From an uncultured Alphaproteobacteria bacterium (GTDB lineage: Bacteria; Pseudomonadota; Alphaproteobacteria; Rs-D84): a DNA stretch of 64,000 nt. Position numbers and translations under genes: made by a program. Below are positions 1 through 8,608 of the stretch, in pieces; position 1 is the first letter of the stretch; every line of letters starts with the position of its first letter. The notes beneath the pieces were generated by a model, which ran no database searches, was not told the origin of the DNA, and saw only the letters and a program-made list of their open reading frames with translations. The DNA lies in contig CALXMA010000001.1 of NCBI GenBank assembly GCA_944389345.1, forward strand, positions 69,117 through 133,116, given 5' to 3'.

Positions 1-948
1 CGATTTGTTTAATAATTCAACCGTAATTTCACGATTCGATAAATTACGAACCAGTCCCATCGAACCGTTATGCCATTTATCGCCATTTTTTACAAACACA
101 ACCAGTGCCCCAACCTTTAACGTTAAATTCATTGGTGCGGGGACATCGCGTTCATTAAATGTCCCAGACAATTCGCCCGTATACGTTATTTCTGGTGCGT
201 TTATTTCGGCCAGACGCGACGCATTTATGCGTTCGGCAACCGCACGGAACGGCGTTATAATAACCGCATTCGCCAAACGCGACGCATCAGATATCCGACA
301 CGCGTTAAAAAATTCCAATGCTGTTAAATCGTTATGGCGCAACCGGCGCAGGTTTTCCAACAGTTCAATGTCGCTTTGTCGATATACTAAATCAAAATCA
401 TAACGAATAAAATCCGCGCGACGATATGCGGAACTGTCAAAAAAATAGGCGTTATCGTGTTCGTAAAACTGGCGATAATAATCCATTGCATCGCGTGTTA
501 TAACCGGTGGCAATTGAAACAAATCACCAATTGCAACAATTTGTATTCCGCCAAATGGTTCATTATTATGACGCGCCATTCGCGCCAATACATCTATGGC
601 GTCCAACAAGTCTGGCGCAACCATAGATATTTCATCAATCACCAATACATCTGTGGCCGTCAGTATATTTCGCGGTTTTGCCTTTAACTTCAAAAATTCA
701 GGCATAATGAAATCGCGTGGCTGGATTTGAAACAGTGAATGAATCGTTTGTCCCCCGACATTCAATGCAGATACCGCCGTCGGACACGCACAAACAATAC
801 GTTTATGCGACGCGGTTTTCAGATAATTTACAAATGTTGATTTGCCGGTGCCCGCCTGGCCCAAAATAAGTATGTTTGAATATGTGCGTTCAATCGCATT
901 AAACGCAGACATTTGTACATCGCTTAAAATCTTGACCAGTTCTGACAT
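1..948 (-). CDS. Pif1/RecD-like P-loop DNA helicase; C-terminus lies left of the window, 316 N-terminal codons present
   Basis: Absent from the ORF track because the stop is outside the window. My minus-strand translation from ATG (948-946) reads MSELVKILSDVQMSAFNAIERTYSNILILGQAGTGKSTF...VLVIDEISMV...IVAIGDLFQLPPV. It shows Walker A GQAGTGKST, Walker B VIDEISM and the QLPPV motif typical of Pif1/AAA_30 helicases. The frame stays open to base 1. Confidence 0.75.
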   Translation of the reverse strand, partial: MSELVKILSDVQMSAFNAIERTYSNILILGQAGTGKSTFVNYLKTASHKRIVCACPTAVSALNVGGQTIHSLFQIQPRDFIMPEFLKLKAKPRNILTATDVLVIDEISMVAPDLLDAIDVLARMARHNNEPFGGIQIVAIGDLFQLPPVITRDAMDYYRQFYEHDNAYFFDSSAYRRADFIRYDFDLVYRQSDIELLENLRRLRHNDLTALEFFNACRISDASRLANAVIITPFRAVAERINASRLAEINAPEITYTGELSGTFNERDVPAPMNLTLKVGALVVFVKNGDKWHNGSMGLVRNLSNREITVELLNKS

Positions 949-1041
949 ATTGAACGTATGTTTGCACACGACGAAATAAAAATAAAGAACATTATAAAAA
1001 TCACTTGCAACAAAATTGATATTGTATATAATTGCGGGCGT

Positions 1042-1118
1042 GGGTTAGTAGCTCAGTTGGTTAGAGCGGAGCGCTCATAACGCTTTGGTCGTGGGTTCGA
1101 GTCCTACCTAACCCACCA
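1042..1118 (+). tRNA. tRNA with CAU anticodon (elongator Met, or Ile2 if lysidine-modified)
   Basis: Cloverleaf by hand: acceptor GGGTTAG/CTAACCC, D arm GCTC-AGTTGGTTA-GAGC, anticodon stem GAGCG/CGCTT with loop CTCATAA, T arm GTGGG-TTCGAGT-CCTAC, encoded ACCA. Confidence 0.9.
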
Positions 1119-1210
1119 CAATAATGTGGAAAAAGTATGCGTCAATCATGGCGCGTTTTTTATTGTGAAAATGTTATTTGAAATAATTATATAAAAAATT
1201 CATTTTTCCC

Positions 1211-1240
1211 TTGCACGATATACGTGATTTTTTCTAGAAT
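1211..1240 (+). promoter_or_regulatory. sigma70-like promoter for the giant Cys-rich protein gene
   Basis: TTGCAC (1211-1216), 18-nt spacer, TAGAAT (1235-1240), about 20 nt upstream of the SD GAGAGGA and ATG 1263. Confidence 0.4.
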
Positions 1241-1262
1241 AAAATACAAAAGAGAGGAAAGT

Positions 1263-4200
1263 ATGGGAAAAAATCGCTGTTTTCTGGCTATCTTAGCTTC
1301 TTTGGTTATCGGTATTTTTGCGGGTACGGGTGCACACGCGGCGTACGATAACTGCTCTATTCAGTATACCAGTTGTAATTCTGGGTACTATATGAGTGGT
1401 TCGGGTGCCGGTAATTCGTGTAACGCATGTTCCAGTGCAAACAACACCACGTCTACGCGGTCGTGTACGCGGACTTGTTCTATTTCTAATGGAACTTGCT
1501 CCTATTCCGGTTCTACCCAGAAATGTAATGGTAAGTATACCGGTGGTGCCGGTGGCACATCGGGGGTCAGTTCATGTACTGGGTGTTCCAGTTATGGTGA
1601 GTGTACCGGCGGGACGATGAGTATTTCCTGTAACGCGAGTTATGAACTGTCGGGCAGTTCTTGCGTTGCGTGCGGTACCGGTGAATATAGTACCAAGGGT
1701 TCCAACAGTTGTAGTGCATGTACAAACAAACCAGCGAATTCCCATTACACCGGCAATGGTACATCCAATAACTGTTCGTGGGCATGTGATTCTGGGTATC
1801 ATGAAGAAGGCGGTTCTTGTGTACCAGATTGTTCCACATCAAAAGCATGTTCGTCGTTGGGTGCCGGTTGGCAGGGTACGTATAACGAATGTACCCAGAA
1901 CCAAGGTTCGCAGTGTTATAAGGCTTGTTTGGTCAGATGCAGTGGTAATGACACAGGTGAATGTCCGGCGAACGCATCATGTACATATAACACCGGTTAT
2001 AACTACTCTGGCACACAATATTATGGCGGTTCGTGCAATGCAGGCGGTTTGTGCCCAGTCAGCACCATATCATGTAATTCTGGATACTATAAAAATGGCA
2101 GTTCGTGTATTGGCTGTTCCACGGTCAGTGCCAGTGGCGATATAGTAGACAGCACATCAATCACGGGTGGCGACAGAATAACCGAATGTACCGGGAATCA
2201 CACGGGTGGTGCCGGTGGCAGCAGTGGTTCGGGTTCTTGTACCGGATGTTCTTCGACCAGAACATACTGTGAATGCGATTCGGGATATCATGTCGTAGGT
2301 TCGGGTGCCAGTTGCTATTGCGCATTGGATTGTAGCACAAGTGTTGCATGTCCGTCTGGTTATCCCGGCACATATAATGAATGCGACGGCGAAGACGAAA
2401 CAGATTGTAGCAGAACGTGCAGTACGCCATGTTCTGGACGCGCGTCATGCCCGGCCAATGCAAGTTGTTCGTACAACACCAGTTATACAACATCTGGCAC
2501 ACAATATTATGGCAGTTCGTGCGATGCCAGGGCTGTGGCCTGTCCAGTATCGTCGTTCACATGTAATCCGGCGTATCAAAAAAGTGGCAGTTCGTGTGTT
2601 GCATGTTCCTATAACGAAACCAGTGGCGCGTGCAGTTGTTCTGGTGGAACACACCCGAATGGTTCCGGGTCCTGCGTCAGTTGCAGCAAATCTTGCGCCA
2701 GTGTTTCGGGCTATACCCAGGGTACATATAACGCGTGCGATGGCGAAACAAACAACAAGTGCTATCGTGCATGCGTGGCGTCCGATATTGCGAACGCAAC
2801 CAGCGTAACGGGTACCGTGACCAAGGGTGGTGTAAAAACTTGTAAGGCAACAATGTGCGCGGATGGATATTTCGTGTCTGGTTCCGGATGCAAGGTTTGC
2901 CCGGCGAATTCTGGTGCGTGCGGTGAATCTTCGGATCCTGATGGATTTACATGCAACCCGGGATATCACAAAGATGGTGATTCTTGCGTACCTGATGAAT
3001 ATTCCATCGCGTTGAACAAGAACGGTGGTACCGGCGATATCGCGGCCAGTGTGACGTGTCGTCATGGTGAAAATTGCCAGTTGCCGACATCGGGTCTGAC
3101 ACGTGCTAACTATGACTTTACTGGTTGGGGCACCGAATCAACATGCACCCAGGGTGTATATTCCAAGGTGTTCACTTCTGCGACCACGATGTACGCATGC
3201 TGGTCCCAGAATACTGAAAAGTGCCAGGTTGGCAAGTACTATAATGGTTCCACACACGTGGCCTGTCCAAAGGGTTCATACTGCACAGGTGAAGGCAGTA
3301 CCAACGCAGGAACCGCGGGATGCAGTCAGGCATGTCCAAACAGTGGTACAACCGACGGCACGGGCGCATCTGCAATCACGTCGTGCTATATAACCTGCTC
3401 TGGTAAAACTATTACGGGCGGTACATTGACGGCGGATTCGGCCAAAGAATATTACAGTGGTTCGGCGTATGGCACATGTACATATACCGCAGACTGCGAT
3501 CCGGGTTATGTTGCCCAGAATAATGGTACGGCGTCTGCGACGTGCCGTGTGTGCACCGCTGGTGAAAACTGTCCGGGTGGCACAGATGACACTGAACCTG
3601 ATGACTGTCCCGAAGGCGAATATTGTGGCCCGGGCGAAGAACCCCAGGCATGTCCAGAAGGTGGAACGTCTGACGTTGGTGCGGGTTCTATAACAGAATG
3701 CTATAAGACATGTCCGTCGACAATCAGTGTTGATCATGCATCGTCGGTGAAATCTGATGGTCATGCGTATCACGACGGGACCAGTGGGTACAAGGCATGT
3801 ACATATACGGTGACGTGTGAAAGTGGCTATGAAGCCCAAGGAAACGGTACCGCATCGCCAAAGTGCGTATGGGCCGATCCGGATGCATGTCCGCCGGGGT
3901 CATACTGCCCACCCGAAGAAGAAGAACCCCTGTCCTGTCCAGCAGGTGGAACATCTGATGGTGGCGCAACCGAAGTGGCCGACTGCTATCGCGCATGTTC
4001 GGGCACGTCCACAACAGGTGGCACATTGGCACCCGTCAATGCCAAGGAATACTATACAAGTGGCGCGTATCCAGCATGTAAGTATAACGCAACATGCCAG
4101 GCAGGATACATGGCCGTGGGTAATGGCACCGCGTCGGCAAAGTGCGAACCGTGCGAAGATGGTGATTACTGTCCGGCCGGCACAACCGAAGACGACGAGC

Positions 4201-7200
4201 CAGAAGAATGCCCGCCTGACCAGGTTTGCGAAGGTGGTGAAGAACCCGTGGCTTGCCCAGACGGTGGTAAAACCGACGGTGGCGCAGGTTCTGTGACAGA
4301 ATGCTATAAGACATGTCCGGCGACCATAACGGTTGAAAACGCATCGTCGGTGAAATCTGATGGCAACGCGTATCACAATGGCACAACCGGGTACAAAGAA
4401 TGTACATATACGGTAACCTGTGCCGAAGGATACAGCCCGCGCAATAACGGCAGTGCAAACCCGACATGCGTTTGGGGTGATGCCAGCGAATGCCCAGAAG
4501 GATTCTATTGCCCGCCAGACAGCGATACACCTATTGCATGTCCAGAAGGCGGTGATTCCGACAAAGGTACAACGACCGAAACAGAATGCTTCAAGGAATT
4601 CGACCCATACAGTGGATTCGAAAAAGGTACTGCGTCGGCCAAATGTAAATGGGATGCTGGTGAAAAGGACTATATACGTTGCTCTATCGTGAACGTACAT
4701 ACGTGTGACGCGGGATATTACTATGGCCAGCAAAATGCGTTCAGCTGTATCGATCCGGGTTCGGGTTATTACAGCCCGGCGGGTGATGTGGATCGTACCG
4801 CATGTCCGACAGACGCAAATGGTGGTCGTGTCCAGTCCACCCCGAATGCAGAAAGTTATAGCGATTGCTATACCACATGCGATTTGAGCAAGGAAGACGT
4901 CGCGAATTCTACGACCGTGGCGGCGGCACAGAATACAGTGTCCGCAACCAGCGAAACCGCGTACCAGGCATGCTCTTATAGTGTGACATGCGAAACGGGT
5001 TATACGGTCGGTGGCAACAATACGGCGAATCCGTCTTGTAATGCCAATGAATACACGATTACGCTGAATAAAAACGGTGGCACCGGCAGTGTACCAGAAA
5101 CAATGAAGTGCACATTTAACAGTGGTAAATGCGAACTGCCCAAGACAGACGCGTTGACCCGCCCGGGATATTCTACCCAGGATAACAAGTGGTGCACCGG
5201 CCGTGATGGTACAGGTTCATGCTACTATGGTGGCCAGAACACGGGCGTCAACATATCCGAAGACGGTACGGCGGCTACGCTGTACGCGGTATGGGTGCCA
5301 AATGTGTACACGGTTAATCTGGATCACCAGAATGCCGATACAGACGGCGCACCGGGTACTGTGTACCTGAAATATGCGACGGGTTGGTTCAGCAACCAAG
5401 GTGCGACAACACCTATTGCGAAACTGACAACCGTTCCGGTTCGTGCGGGATATGAATTCGCGGGTTATTACAACGCGACAACCGCAGGTACCCAGGTTAT
5501 CGGTACAGATGGTACGTTCATAACATCTGAAAATGCGTTGACAATGACGACCAAAGAACCGACAACTATCTATGCAAGATGGGCAACGGGTACCATAACC
5601 TGTGAAGAAGGTACTTATTATCCAGGTACTGGTGCGGAATGTCTGCCCTGTGAAGATGGCAAATACTGTCCGGGTGGTGAATACGAAACCGACAGTGGCG
5701 AACAAGGTGGTTTGGAATCGTGCCCAGACGATGGTATCGCTGGCGAAGATGCAACATCTATGGCCGCGTGCTATAAGACAGGTCTGGATTACACCGCAGA
5801 ACATGGTTCAGGAACACAAACCTGCGACTATGACGTAGATTCCAGAACGTACAGTGCAGAATGTCGCGATTTCAAGATTGACGCATGTAACGCCGGTTAT
5901 TGGCGCCAAGGCGAAAGCGATACGGATTGTACAGCTGTTGGCCAGGGTTGGTACAGTGGTGCGAATACAATCACACGTACCCAGTGCCCGAATGGCGGAA
6001 ACACAGAAACTGAAACCGCAACCCAGGTTCAGGACTGCTATAAGACTGGTGTAGATTATACAGCGAACTATGGTTCCGGAACCCAGCGTTGCTTCTATAC
6101 CAGTGGCGAAGGCACCAGTGCAATATACCAGCGCGACTGCGACACCAAGAAGATTGACGAATGTCGTGGTGGATATTACCTGGCAGGTCAAGACGATACA
6201 GACTGTACCGAAGTTGGAAACAACTATTACAGTCCGCAGAGCGACACCGAACGCTATGCCTGCCCGGCCGGTGGTGAAACAGGCGAAGACATGAAGACCG
6301 CCGACACGCCGATGGTGTGTAAACGTGATGGCGAACCATATACGGGCGCACATGGTACTGGGGAACGCACATGCTTCTATACCAGTGGCGAAGGTGATGA
6401 TGCAATATATCTGAGTAGTTGCGAAAATGTTACAATGACTAAGTGCGACGCTGGATATTATTACAGCATATCGCTGAAAGACGACTGTACCGCGGTTGGC
6501 AAGGGTTGGTACAGCCCCGCCGATGACCTGAGCCGTTATCAGTGCGTGGACGGTGGTACAACAGAAAACGCAACCAGTGCATCTGAGTCTATGTGCTATC
6601 GCACCGATATGGCGTGCCCAGTGGACAATGGTACGGGTGAACAGACATGTAATTACGACGAAAGTGCCGGTGATTACACAGCCAACTGTCAACAGTGTAT
6701 GGTTACAGCCTGTGACGAAGGATATTCGTTGGTTGATAATACGTGTACCCTGTGTCCAGAAGGCAGTGTCTGTGACGAAGGCGAAGAAAAGACCTGTGCC
6801 GATTTAACAGGTGGTCAGTATCCGAATTCTGAAATCGGTACCGAAGATGTGTCTATGTGCTATCGCGACTGTGCGTTGGCGCCAAACGCATCGGTGATGA
6901 CGGGTCATGATTACTATACCGCCCCAGACACCTGTGCAATACAACGTTGCGCGGCCGGATATACACTGGAAAATGGCGCGTGCGTTGAATGCCCCGAAGG
7001 CAGTTTCTGCGACGGCGAAACGGACCCAGACCCAGATGATCCAGGCAGTGATATAAAGTCCTGTGCCGATTTGGGTAATGGCGAATGGGCGAATTCGTTG
7101 CCAGGTGCCACGGATGAAAGCGGTTGCTATAAGGTCTGTAAAGCGTACGATGTAATCAATGGTACCGCAGAACCCGTCAGCGACAAGGCGTTCTGGCCGA

Positions 7201-7934
7201 ATGACTGCGAATTCGAAGGCAAGTCAGAAACCGGAAATCCGTGCGATATTATCGATGGCGTCTGTGTCGAAACGTCGTGCATCGGTGGATACGAAATGAT
7301 TGACGGTAAATGCGAACCGTGCAACCGCGAAGGCGCACAAGGATATCTGCCAACAGGTATTTGCCAAATCGAATCCTGTGTCAGTGGATATCACCCGAAC
7401 GGCGACCAGTGCGAAGAAGACGTGCAAGAATGTTCTGTGCCGAATGCAATCTATGCCGAAAAAGTTTGGGATTACAAACTGAAAGCGTACAGCGATTGCT
7501 TGGTCAGAGAATGCGAATACGGATTCCATATCGCATCTAATGCGTGCGTATCTGATGTCCAGCCGTGCGATGTCGACAATGGTGCCGGATTCAAAGAATG
7601 GGATCACGACCTGAATAAGTGGGGCGAATGCGAGGCATCGGTCTGCGACCCAGGTTATACATCTGACCCATCGATGACCAATGAACGCACCAAACAGTGT
7701 GGCAGATGCAAGAATGCATACAGCATTGACGGGGATTTGGCTGCAACAGATTTCAGACGTGAATGCGAAATTGCATCCTGTCTGTACCAAGGCGAACGGT
7801 TCGATTTGCAGAACAACGAATGCGTACCGATTTGCCCGACCGAAGAATATTCGGACGATACAGGTACTATGAAATGGAACCCAACCACAAAGAAGTGTGA
7901 ACGTACATGCTTTGACGGTTATACAATGTGGTAA
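1263..7934 (+). CDS. Giant (2223 aa) secreted cysteine-rich repeat protein with ephrin-receptor-like/GCC2_GCC3-type Cys modules and Listeria-Bacteroides-type repeats
   Basis: ATG 1263 follows the SD GAGAGGA; the track start 1224 (GTG) lies inside the predicted promoter/5'UTR. Signal peptide MGKNRCFLAILASLVIGIFAGTGAHA. Dozens of modules have the form C..GYY...C..CP.GG.[ST]D.GA.S...CY. Three repeats resemble YSIALNKNGGTG...YDFTGW...MYACW. A strong terminator follows the stop. Confidence 0.85.
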   Translation: MGKNRCFLAILASLVIGIFAGTGAHAAYDNCSIQYTSCNSGYYMSGSGAGNSCNACSSANNTTSTRSCTRTCSISNGTCSYSGSTQKCNGKYTGGAGGTSGVSSCTGCSSYGECTGGTMSISCNASYELSGSSCVACGTGEYSTKGSNSCSACTNKPANSHYTGNGTSNNCSWACDSGYHEEGGSCVPDCSTSKACSSLGAGWQGTYNECTQNQGSQCYKACLVRCSGNDTGECPANASCTYNTGYNYSGTQYYGGSCNAGGLCPVSTISCNSGYYKNGSSCIGCSTVSASGDIVDSTSITGGDRITECTGNHTGGAGGSSGSGSCTGCSSTRTYCECDSGYHVVGSGASCYCALDCSTSVACPSGYPGTYNECDGEDETDCSRTCSTPCSGRASCPANASCSYNTSYTTSGTQYYGSSCDARAVACPVSSFTCNPAYQKSGSSCVACSYNETSGACSCSGGTHPNGSGSCVSCSKSCASVSGYTQGTYNACDGETNNKCYRACVASDIANATSVTGTVTKGGVKTCKATMCADGYFVSGSGCKVCPANSGACGESSDPDGFTCNPGYHKDGDSCVPDEYSIALNKNGGTGDIAASVTCRHGENCQLPTSGLTRANYDFTGWGTESTCTQGVYSKVFTSATTMYACWSQNTEKCQVGKYYNGSTHVACPKGSYCTGEGSTNAGTAGCSQACPNSGTTDGTGASAITSCYITCSGKTITGGTLTADSAKEYYSGSAYGTCTYTADCDPGYVAQNNGTASATCRVCTAGENCPGGTDDTEPDDCPEGEYCGPGEEPQACPEGGTSDVGAGSITECYKTCPSTISVDHASSVKSDGHAYHDGTSGYKACTYTVTCESGYEAQGNGTASPKCVWADPDACPPGSYCPPEEEEPLSCPAGGTSDGGATEVADCYRACSGTSTTGGTLAPVNAKEYYTSGAYPACKYNATCQAGYMAVGNGTASAKCEPCEDGDYCPAGTTEDDEPEECPPDQVCEGGEEPVACPDGGKTDGGAGSVTECYKTCPATITVENASSVKSDGNAYHNGTTGYKECTYTVTCAEGYSPRNNGSANPTCVWGDASECPEGFYCPPDSDTPIACPEGGDSDKGTTTETECFKEFDPYSGFEKGTASAKCKWDAGEKDYIRCSIVNVHTCDAGYYYGQQNAFSCIDPGSGYYSPAGDVDRTACPTDANGGRVQSTPNAESYSDCYTTCDLSKEDVANSTTVAAAQNTVSATSETAYQACSYSVTCETGYTVGGNNTANPSCNANEYTITLNKNGGTGSVPETMKCTFNSGKCELPKTDALTRPGYSTQDNKWCTGRDGTGSCYYGGQNTGVNISEDGTAATLYAVWVPNVYTVNLDHQNADTDGAPGTVYLKYATGWFSNQGATTPIAKLTTVPVRAGYEFAGYYNATTAGTQVIGTDGTFITSENALTMTTKEPTTIYARWATGTITCEEGTYYPGTGAECLPCEDGKYCPGGEYETDSGEQGGLESCPDDGIAGEDATSMAACYKTGLDYTAEHGSGTQTCDYDVDSRTYSAECRDFKIDACNAGYWRQGESDTDCTAVGQGWYSGANTITRTQCPNGGNTETETATQVQDCYKTGVDYTANYGSGTQRCFYTSGEGTSAIYQRDCDTKKIDECRGGYYLAGQDDTDCTEVGNNYYSPQSDTERYACPAGGETGEDMKTADTPMVCKRDGEPYTGAHGTGERTCFYTSGEGDDAIYLSSCENVTMTKCDAGYYYSISLKDDCTAVGKGWYSPADDLSRYQCVDGGTTENATSASESMCYRTDMACPVDNGTGEQTCNYDESAGDYTANCQQCMVTACDEGYSLVDNTCTLCPEGSVCDEGEEKTCADLTGGQYPNSEIGTEDVSMCYRDCALAPNASVMTGHDYYTAPDTCAIQRCAAGYTLENGACVECPEGSFCDGETDPDPDDPGSDIKSCADLGNGEWANSLPGATDESGCYKVCKAYDVINGTAEPVSDKAFWPNDCEFEGKSETGNPCDIIDGVCVETSCIGGYEMIDGKCEPCNREGAQGYLPTGICQIESCVSGYHPNGDQCEEDVQECSVPNAIYAEKVWDYKLKAYSDCLVRECEYGFHIASNACVSDVQPCDVDNGAGFKEWDHDLNKWGECEASVCDPGYTSDPSMTNERTKQCGRCKNAYSIDGDLAATDFRRECEIASCLYQGERFDLQNNECVPICPTEEYSDDTGTMKWNPTTKKCERTCFDGYTMW
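3337..4540 (+). repeat. Tandem ~600-bp intragenic duplication (module order A-B-A-B) inside the giant gene
   Basis: 3650-3880 and 4250-4480 align almost base for base (gaatgctataagacatgtccg...gcatcgtcggtgaaatctgatgg...tgtacatatacggt). 3340-3555 and 3940-4150 encode the parallel CP..GT[ST]DG.GA....CY..CSG...TGGTL...AKEYY block. Confidence 0.8.
5052..5582 (+). repeat. Two adjacent Listeria-Bacteroides (Flg_new-like) repeats at protein level; a third copy lies at 2999-3203
   Basis: YTITLNKNGGTGSVPETMKC...RPGYS...LYAVW, followed by YTVNLDHQNADTDG...RAGYEFAGYY...TIYARW. The spacing matches the Y.v.fd.nGG...GY.F.GW...lyA.W pattern as I recall it. Confidence 0.6.
5772..6740 (+). repeat. Four consecutive ~85-aa Cys modules (intragenic tandem repeat)
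   Basis: Each unit reads Y[KR]T[GD].(D)YT(A).[HY]G[ST]G[TE]Q.C.Y......C.......C.[AG]GY[WY]......DCT[AE]VG.[GN][WY]YS......R..CP.GG. Confidence 0.7.
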
Positions 7935-7962
7935 TGGGAAACCCCAGGAGAGAGAAACCAAT

Positions 7963-7988
7963 GTCCGCGCAATGCGCGGACATTTTTT
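7963..7988 (+). terminator. Rho-independent terminator of the giant gene
   Basis: GTCCGCGC-AAT-GCGCGGAC hairpin (7963-7981) followed by A-TTTTTT. Confidence 0.8.
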
Positions 7989-8135
7989 ATCATCTGTTTA
8001 CTATCTGCTTTACAAAGTAGTTTCCACATTTTCAACAGCCATCCATAATGCGTCTTGATATAAACTTGGAACGAATGGTTATTCATGGAAATATATTATT
8101 ACAGGTATCCCGGGGCAATATACTAGATGATGAGA

Positions 8136-8327
8136 TTAATTGCAACGATCGTTGCACGTGTATACTGTTGTGGACGATGAACAATAACTGCTGACCGTTA
8201 CGCCAGAACTGCTAACACTGTATCCCGATGGTACGGTACTTGTTGTGATACACTGGTACGTCCCAGCGATACCGGGTCCGGCCAGACCACATATAAGTGT
8301 GGCAATAATTGGTATTTTGATTTTCAT
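8136..8327 (-). CDS. Small (63 aa) secreted Cys/Ser/Thr-rich protein, member A of the small Cys-rich family
   Basis: Strong SD GGGAGG lies 7 nt before the ATG. Signal-like N-terminus MKIKIPIIATLICGLAGPGIAG. The mature part has 4 Cys. It is preceded by the conserved leader also seen at 48.4-48.7 kb and 31.5 kb. Confidence 0.6.
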   Translation of the reverse strand: MKIKIPIIATLICGLAGPGIAGTYQCITTSTVPSGYSVSSSGVTVSSYCSSSTTVYTCNDRCN

Positions 8328-8545
8328 TGATAAACCTCCCTTTTCTCATTGTGTTTTGATAATGAAAAAACCACCGGAAAAATTCAGGTGGTTGGAGGTT
8401 CACAGCTATATCAGGTATAGTGTGCTTATTCGATATATTCGCACCCTCCAACCCAAATAAGAAGTTGGAGATTTTTTTCGTCGTCTAGACGCCTGATGCG
8501 GGCTGTGACACCCCGACGGGGGAATTCCCCCACGCCACTGTGTAG
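8328..8545 (-). promoter_or_regulatory. Structured 5' leader (attenuator/riboswitch-like), copy A
   Basis: Minus-strand RNA contains CGUCGGGGUGU (8518-8508), ACGACGAAAAA (8484-8474), hairpin CUCCAAC (8470-8464)/GUUGGAG (8452-8446), the competing strand CCUCCAACC (8398-8390) and a terminator. It is homologous to 48442-48681 with compensatory changes. Confidence 0.6.
8363..8393 (-). terminator. Intrinsic terminator inside leader A, about 37 nt upstream of the start codon
   Basis: RNA AACCACC-(11-nt loop)-GGUGGUU followed by UUUU. Its 5' arm shares AACC with the alternative helix strand CCUCCAACC. Confidence 0.65.
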
Positions 8546-8608
8546 TGTACCTGAATTTATTGCTTATAACAATAGATTTTTTTCAATGCATTGTATAAAA
8601 TCAATGTT

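Noticed and set aside
5-687. Plus-strand ORFs 5-403 and 457-687 at the window start.
   Set aside because: They are antisense to the Pif1/RecD-like helicase reading frame, which carries clear Walker A and B motifs. They have no SD and no motifs.
1396-7961. Dozens of 60-290-aa ORFs on both strands overlap the giant gene, for example 2445-3065(-), 3900-4733(-), 5808-6692(-) and 7224-7961(-).
   Set aside because: They lie entirely inside, or antisense to, a 6.7-kb ORF with clear repeat architecture, a signal peptide, an SD and a terminator. Their translations are low-complexity Arg/Cys/Thr strings typical of off-frame readings of a GC-richer, codon-biased repeat gene.
8450-8545. Leader-peptide (Cys-codon) attenuation as the mechanism for the conserved leaders. 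Copy C has a possible 21-codon uORF MGCENPCLSVGVFSVAQMRPF, and copy A has a GTG-initiated 17-codon uORF.
   Set aside because: Neither uORF has an SD. The peptides are not conserved beyond the VGV encoded by the shared 11-mer. Copy A has no Cys codons. RNA-structure covariation explains the conservation better.
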